From Xylographa opegraphella (lineage: Eukaryota), in contig JALDZX010000100.1 of the NCBI GenBank assembly GCA_022813865.1, forward strand, positions 1 through 42,848: a stretch of 42,848 nt of DNA, read 5' to 3'. Numbering within the stretch: the first letter of the stretch is position 1; every line of letters starts with the position of its first letter. Below, piece after piece: positions 35,862 to 42,848 of the stretch. Under the pieces are notes generated by a model, which made no database searches, had not been told where the DNA came from, and saw only the letters and a list, made by a program, of their open reading frames with translations. The position numbers and the translations under genes are program-made.

Positions 35862-36997
35862 TTATATCGCCTGCCGCCCCGTGATGCGCATGAACTGCGC
35901 CTCCGTGTCCTGCCACAACTTGTCGACCAGCCCCTCGTGCCGGAGCCTGGCCAGCAGCTCCTCGACCTTCGGCCCCGTGCTCTCGCCGTGCTCGTCGATC
36001 GAGTACACCCCGCTGCCACTCTGGCCGTCCACTCCCCGTGCGACGCCCACCCCTTCAGGTAGCGGCACGCCTTCGGTCTGCTCTCCACCTGTCCCGGCAG
36101 GATACTTTGCGCTCGTGGCGAGGAAGACATGCCGGGCGCCACACTCCTCGGACGGCATATGCAGGTTCACAAAGGCGCCGACAATCTTCGACAGGAAGGT
36201 CATAGCGGTGACGATCTTCGGCTCGCCGCCGCGGACCAGGTTTGTCTTGATGGAGCCGGGGAAGTTGTGGATGAATGAGACCTCGGGGGCTTTGGCTGCG
36301 AGGGCCTCGAGCGTCAGGGTGACCTGGGAAGCGCCTTGGCCGCGCTGGGCGAGCAAGTTGGTCATGTGCCAGCCTTGCAGATCGGAGCTGTCGACGGGGC
36401 CTTCTTTGCCGGCGCAGAGGACGCTGACGACGCGGCGGAGGGAGGGGGCTCGTTGGAGAAGCGGAAGCAGATTGACGATGAAGCGCGTACGTGAGTATGT
36501 GATGAGGGCGGCACTATAGTGGAGGTCTTCGGCGGTCCCTGCGAAGGGTGGAGATTAGCTGGGTGTGGTATGACTTTTGGAGGGCTGTGTTTCTATGGGG
36601 AGAGAGGGGAGAGATGGTTCAATGGATGTAAATGGGCAAGCTTACTGGTACCAATTTTGAGCGTGCCGGTCGTGAGGAAGAGCAGGTTGATGGCTGTCTC
36701 TTTGCTCTTGATGTCGCGGCAGACGGCGTCCACGTTGCTGAGCAGGCTGGTGTCTGCTTTGATGAACGTGTATTGGCCATCGGCATTCAGCGCTTTACAT
36801 TCAGCGGCAATACGACTACCGGCTTCTTGCGAGCGGCCGACGAGGTAGACGCGGGGCTGGCGGGCATATTTGGCGAACTGCAAGAGAGTGTACTCGCCAA
36901 TGCCGCTGGTGGCGCCAACGAAGACGGCAACAAGGGCCGCAGGGAGAGAAGAGGCAATGGAGGAATTGGAGGCACGGATAGCGGTGAGGGCGACCAT
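35862..36997 (-). CDS. Short-chain dehydrogenase/reductase (atypical fungal type); intron 36539-36645
   Basis: VAVFVGATSGIGEYT, VYLVGRS, INLLFLTTG, YSRTRFIVNLLPLL, VSFIHNFPGSIKT, EECGARHVFLATSAKYP. Confidence 0.88.
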
Positions 36998-38931
36998 CGT
37001 GTCGTACGAAAAAAGCTGCTTAGGGAAGTAACGGTCTGGTGTGCTGAAGGTTCGAGATGTAGGGTCTCGTAGTCTCAATGGAAAGAAGGTTGGAGCATTG
37101 GGATGAACATGAAGCGGATGGGCTCTGCATCTTTATACCACTGACTCGAGGAAGCCAGAGCGTTGGCTCATGCATGGAGAGCATCGGGCAGCCGTTGACG
37201 TATGGCTTCGTAGGCCGACGACAGCTCCCAGCTGGCTGATTTGATCGCACTTCGTGAAGTCAGGATACCGAAGGTACGCTAACCCTAGCCGCCTTGCCGC
37301 TTTCAGATTGTTGCCAAGCCCTACTAACCCGCTCTCGCAACTTCAACCGCCCGCTTAGGGCTGAAACAATCTAACTGGCTCGATTGGGTAGACTTTTGGC
37401 CGTCACTCAGAAGCATCAGCATCCCACCTATTCTTATCGTTCTTCGGCCATTGTACTCCCGGCATCGCGGGCCGTAGCTAGATAGGTAGCTTCACTACAA
37501 GAAGCAAAGCAGTGTACTTCCGTGTAGCGAAGCTCGGTTATGTGGCATGTCATGGTCATAAGGGGCTACCGAGCCTCAGTAGCACTCGTGTGAGTCGTTG
37601 GCGCAAGAAAACCCCCCACAACAGCTCGATCGCCTTGGCCATGTCGTGGCAAGCTATGACTCTTTGTTCTATTTTCTATTTGAAGTCCATTGCCTAAAAC
37701 CGGCAACAACACTTTCACCAGCTGTCTACATCAACGTCTCCCTAGCCGGAGATCCGAAGGTAACCCATTCAAAAAGACCTCTCGATCAGCTGTCTATACA
37801 GGCCAAGATCCCCAGTTTGACTCTGCTGTATGGACCTCATGAATCAATTCTAGGGTACGATATCTGACCGTTGCAATCGATCTGATTGTTTCGGCGAAGC
37901 GGGTTCCGACATATATGATGTCCTCCTATGTGAAGATATCCCACCAGGCTGGTAATTTTGGAACGCCCATAGCTTGCTTTCAAGCCTTCAAGCTTTTGTT
38001 TCAGGCGTACTCGACCAATAGTGCAAACTGTGGCGTGGCCTATTCCGAGTACCATGCCATGTGAGTACACGTGCGTATTCTCCTCAACCGTTACTGCGGC
38101 CTGCGGCACAATCTGTTGAAAAGGTTCAAATTGCCAGGAAGCTGGTACCATTGAGGTTCCTGAGAACCGTGTTGGGACAACCTTCGAGACGTCCCTGTGG
38201 TACTCTCAAACAAAAGCTGTGCTGGTACGGTCACAATTGGCAACAGCAGTCGACGCCTAACTCGACATTATTGCCACTTGACTTGTTATCCTCCTCCGTC
38301 AGAAGTTGCCATGAAACGTAACAGAGGTAGACTCGGCCATCCTGCTACAGTTGATTCCGAAATTGTCCGTCGTGCTAAAACCCAAGATAAAACATGCGGA
38401 TACTAGCTTCCTCATCGACGGTGAAATGATTGTGGTTAAGATCAACCAGGTTACTACACGAACCATTTGCCGGTTACACCTACTGAAGGCAGCACGAAGC
38501 GACAGTCGCCGGTTCTTGCGCAAGGCCTCGAGTAAGTTGAGGAAGTCCCTGATTGACATATGAATTGGTTCTCCCGCAAAAGATGATTGTGTTCTTTCCA
38601 AGGAGTCTTTCGTGCGCGCACACTAACGAGTGCCAATGGCTCAGGAGTCATGGGCTCGGTGAAACATCGGCTCGCTTTTCTCAGAACGTACTGTGTTCGC
38701 GCTTTTTTTGATGAACATATATTACCATGTCTGGATTGTATCAGTAGACACGCGTACCAAAAAAAATCAAGAATAAGCCGTGACATGACGTAACATTCCA
38801 CTAAATGCATCGGCTTTCACGTCTCTTGCCTTCATAATGTGGGTTCTTCGGTGGCACAAAGCGGTGTGCTCGCTCAAAGCTGGCAGTGGTCTGTGGTTTC
38901 ATCGCAGGAACGTCCAATAGCGCGGAGGTTG

Positions 38932-40830
38932 CTACGTAACCAGTGCGCTGTCTAGTCCAAGTCCGAAGTAATGAAAAAGAATAGGGTTGCCCTCAACAGC
39001 CAGCCAAGCAATACCTATACCACAGATAAGCCAAAGGGTCAAGGATGGCTCTCCATATCACTGACCAGAATATACTATCATCTTTGTAATGACTTCCACG
39101 TCATATCGTACCCTGGGTTTAACAAGCTTTGAGAATATCTCTTTCTCCTCCCTTTTATCTTTCCGGCGCAGTTGGCTTATAGTTCTTGCAAGTTCATTGC
39201 TCGTCACGGTATTGTCAAACGGGGCCGATGGCGTGAATACAGATTTATCACTCCAATTCTGAGATCCTGAGGCGTCGGGAATAGCTGTTTTTTGCGCGGA
39301 GAAGATAGCTGTTGATTTCCCGGTGGGTTGACTGGAAGCCTTAGTATGCTTGAAATAATCTTTCGTGCTCTCATCTTCCTTGACATCGGAGTTCCAGCTT
39401 ATACTCTTGCCACCTATAACAGATATACTTTCCCGACGTTTTCTATCTCGCAAAGCAAGCGCTTCGTAGGCATCCGCTTCCGACTGAGGGCCAATAGAGA
39501 TGGACCGGCTTCTGCGAGGATGTCGTATGGAGGAAAATATATTTGGGAATTCGGAGACAGAAGGCATAATACTGTCTGTCTTGAGATGACTTGGGACGTT
39601 ATCATACTCGCTGATGACTATAATCAGCAAACTTTCCTTACTCAAGTCAAAGGGTAGGTTCTTACGATGCCTGCTTGAAAAACCTCCGCGGGAGACTTAA
39701 TCCTAGTCGTTCCACGATGCGAAAAATAGGTGGAAGCACCTTCAGCAGTATCATTTTCATGACACTACGCCAAGCAACAATGCAAAGGACACCCACGCAG
39801 ATTCTGATAATGGTCTTGGGCCATCCCAGGACTTCTAGGTCAAACGGAACAGTGGCAGGTACGGGGAAGTCCCACGACAGAGGGCTTTGTGCGTAGTGCC
39901 AATTTCCAATCTCAATACCACATAGCACACCAGCAAATGCTACACTGTCATCGAAGCATGGACAATCATCCGCAGGTTCGGGATGAATTCGGACAAGAAC
40001 ACAGATAATGAGTATTACAATTGAAAGCGCCTTAAAGGAGCCTTCGTGTATGAAGCTGTCGAACTTGTTGACGTATAGACACTCAACTAAAGAAAGAGCA
40101 GCCCCAAGGACGCTTCCCACAAAAACGTCAAAGAGTCCATGCATACCACAATAAACTCTCCCAATAATGATGGAGGTGGCATAGGTGTATGAAAGTATCT
40201 CTAATAGGATTTTGGTCGTCGGAGACACCGTGGAGGAAGGATTGTTGAGACTGAAAAGAGCATAAACAGCAACTGAAACAGCGTTTGTCGAATGGGTTGA
40301 TGGGAAGCCGTACTCCAGTGCTGCAGAGCCGGACATGGTGATACGTTGTAACGGCGGAGAAAGTGGACGTGGAAGACATAACAAGTCCTTCATAAACCCA
40401 GTGAGAAAAACACCAGATGCCAATATATGCACCATCCTGATGGTCCATTAGCGCTGGTTAATAGACAGGTGGGTGATATGTTACCCTCTACCTAGGCTGG
40501 TATATCCACACCAAAATAATATAGGTAAGACAACCATGAAGAAGTTGTGAGTTCCCAGATTGGCTGTGACCGCAAAGTATGTATCGAGGATTGGCGTTCT
40601 TATCGAAGATTGAAAGAATGCAAGATGAGGAGTTTCCCAGCGCACCAAAGGGATAAGCCATTGTCGTGGTAAATATCGCCAAAATGGTAGCCTAGTCTTA
40701 TCTGATGACAATGTAAGCATTCTGAAGCTCAACGCGTCACTTTGGACTCACAATGGCCCAGGCTTCTTAAACCTGCGTCTGGCGTCTCCATTTCCTGTGG
40801 TGCTCGAAACGAGCTGCGCGTGAACAGCAT
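38932..40830 (-). CDS. LCB3: Sphingoid-base phosphate phosphatase (Lcb3/Ysr3-like, PAP2 family); about 4 introns
   Basis: DAGLRSLGHY, TANLGTHNFF, KDLLCLPRP, EYGFPSTH, GRVYCGMHG, HPEPADDCPCFDDSVAF, PRVRYDVEVITK; start 40830 or 40791. Confidence 0.9.
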
Positions 40831-41009
40831 ACAAGAGCCATCAGGTTGAGGCACACGCTACTTCATAGCAAAATTTTCAGAATTATCGGTGGACAGATTC
40901 ACAGCGGAAGTATACCAGGCAACATATGGAGTATGGGTTGAGATGCAGGCTCGAAGACGTTTTCCCGGAATCGGGACTTGGTAAAGTTGGCGGCGTCTTC
41001 AGCCTTATA

Positions 41010-42848
41010 TAGAGGTTCCGTCGGGTCCGTGCACGGCTCGGGGGTATGCACACCCCCCCCCCTTCTTTTACCACTTCATGTTTGCAAGCATTGCGCAACA
41101 ACCACCTATTCAATTAAGTTCATGGAAATATATTTATAGAGATCAATGCGAAAATAATGCGCGCTTTAGATTAGGAATCAAATCGCCTTGAAGACGTCAA
41201 TTGCCTCCCGTATCGTGATGACNTGATTTCGGACCCCTCCATTTCCTGACCTCGATTTCCTGCATTTCCTTCCTCTTTGCGTTGCTTTGACCTTGCACAG
41301 CTCTTCTGAAGGTGTTTACTGACCTTTTGAATATCCAATTCGAGTTGCCTGTCCACTGCACGTGCTTCCAAAGCTTCCTTCCGAAGGCGTATTTGTTCAT
41401 CCCGCTCCACCCTTCTTTGAAGCGCAGCATTTTCCCGCGCTGCTTTCCGCTGGGCAATCAACAACTGCTTCTTTTCTTTCGCTTGCTTCTTGCGTTGCTT
41501 TTCATCCATCTTTTGAAGCTCCTCGGCGTGTTTGGCGTCTTGTATTTGCTGGCGACGTGCTCTGGCTTCCACAATTTTCGTAGGACTGAAAAAATGAGCT
41601 TTAACTTCATGATCTGATCCAGTCAGATCAAATAAAGGCTTTCCTCTTATTCTTTTACCCTTCTCGATGAAAACTGTGTGTTGTAGATCCGCCACCTTCG
41701 CTTCTAAGATCGTATTGCGTGCCTGTAGATGATCGACCGTGTTAATAAGTTTCCTCGCTTCCTGAGTTACTGCCTTGCCAATTGCGCTCTGTACAAGACC
41801 CCTAACCTTCCTCCAATCAGGATTAGATATTGCTGAAGACCCCGTAGTGCTTGATGAGGGTCTTTCATTCGGTCTAACCTGATCAAGCACTCGATCAGGG
41901 TTGAAAGGTTGTAATCCTGTTTTTTCCCACCCACTTAATACGTTCTTTTCCACAAATGCACGCTGATAGGCCGGCCAGAAGAGTTCGAAAAAGGCTCTTT
42001 TGGTAATTGTCGATAAGCCCGCAGTCCTGGCGATCCAATTGGTCAATTCCTGGCTGTAGTAGTTGGCCAATGGACTGAATAGGCTCACGTCCAGGGGTTG
42101 AAGTCGGTGAGTTGAATGCGGCGGATAGACCGCAACGAGGACCTTATTTGCATCACACCACTCTAGGAACTTCCAATTAACGTGACTATTATGTCCGTCC
42201 ACGAAAAGAAGCCGCCAATCGCGTGCAAGACGGGCTTTTGGCTTCGAATACCTATCGAACACCCCAGTAAGCCATTCGTAGCCTAAATTCTCGTTGGTCC
42301 AACCAGTTTCTGACGAAGCGAAAAAGCAACATTGCTCTTTAGGATCAAATCTATCAAGCCACGTATCCTGAATGTTACCGGATTGAGCTTGATAAATAAT
42401 AGCCGGTGGTAAAGCAGTCCCATCCATACAGCACGTAGCCATTAGGGTTATCCATTCCCTATTACCAGATTGGCCAGCACCTTTCAAACGACCTTTCCGA
42501 AGCTCGCTTACTTTACAAATCCTTCGAGTCTTTGGTAAAACCCCAATTAGGAAGCCCTTTTCGTCCATGTTATAGACGTTTTCAGGCAGGAACTCGTATT
42601 TGACCATTTTTTCCTTAATCTAGATGTAATTAGCCTGATTCCTTAGCTTAATAGGGTTACTTACGAGCCTGAAATATTCTGTATAATCATATAAGTTATC
42701 TGCTCGCTTGCGGTTTAGGTCAAACCCTGATAGGAAGCAAGATGACAGTTCCCCGTGGGTCGATTTGATAAAGCGATTGACCCAACCATTTCCAGGACTT
42801 TTGCCACTGATATCAAAAGCAAATCTACGCACCATGCGTGGTGTAGGG
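41010..42848 (-). mobile_element. pogo/Fot1-family (Tc1-mariner) DNA transposon, truncated by the window end
   Basis: DDE transposase ORF; candidate terminus after TA at 41010-41011 with internal subrepeats TCGGGTCCGTGCAC / TCGGGGGTATGCAC and a C-run. Boundary inferred; the other TIR is not in the window. Confidence 0.85.
41171..42848 (-). CDS. pogo/Fot1 DDE_1 transposase (5' end outside the window); intron 42620-42664
   Basis: HTH-CENPB-like PGNGWVNRFIK; catalytic NMDEKGF, LFVDGHNSH, PPHSTHRLQPLDVSLF; intron gtaagt...gctaat...ctag. Confidence 0.93.

Noticed and set aside
37279..37362. Telomere-like CTAACCCTAG / CTAACCC / TTAGGG words
   Set aside because: Isolated imperfect copies; no tandem array and no full telomerase template context
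37500..38900. Many 60-120 aa ORFs on both strands between the SDR and LCB3-like genes
   Set aside because: No recognisable domain or consistent exon chain; a decayed gene cannot be excluded without blastx

Overview
Intron-rich genomic DNA from a filamentous ascomycete (Pezizomycotina), judged from short GT-AG introns with CTRAC-like branch points and the gene content. The first ~17 kb is a compact housekeeping block: DBR1, a queuosine-salvage gene (QNG1/DUF2419), UBA2, a 3-oxoacyl-ACP-reductase-like SDR, ELC1, SEN54, an intron-containing tRNA-Leu(UAG), an Snm1/Rpr2-family RNase MRP/P subunit, ZPR1, a PPIL3-type cyclophilin and an arrestin-like gene. From ~17 to 30 kb is a looser accessory region with a DUF6604-like gene, a DUF4470+MYND gene, apparent gene remnants and an MDR enoyl-reductase-like gene. 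After that come a nuclear ATP9 with a mitochondrial presequence, an intron-containing elongator tRNA-Met, an S28 peptidase and an SDR whose convergent 3' ends form a GC-rich island, and an LCB3-like sphingoid-phosphate phosphatase. The window ends in an apparently intact pogo/Fot1 DNA transposon. The most intriguing arrangement is an intron-containing tRNA gene, a substrate of the tRNA-splicing endonuclease, on the same strand ~100 nt upstream of the SEN54 start codon and inside the promoter interval shared with the Snm1/Rpr2 gene. This is a candidate substrate-in-leader autoregulatory circuit (hypothesis only). All family calls are by motif recognition; no searches were run.
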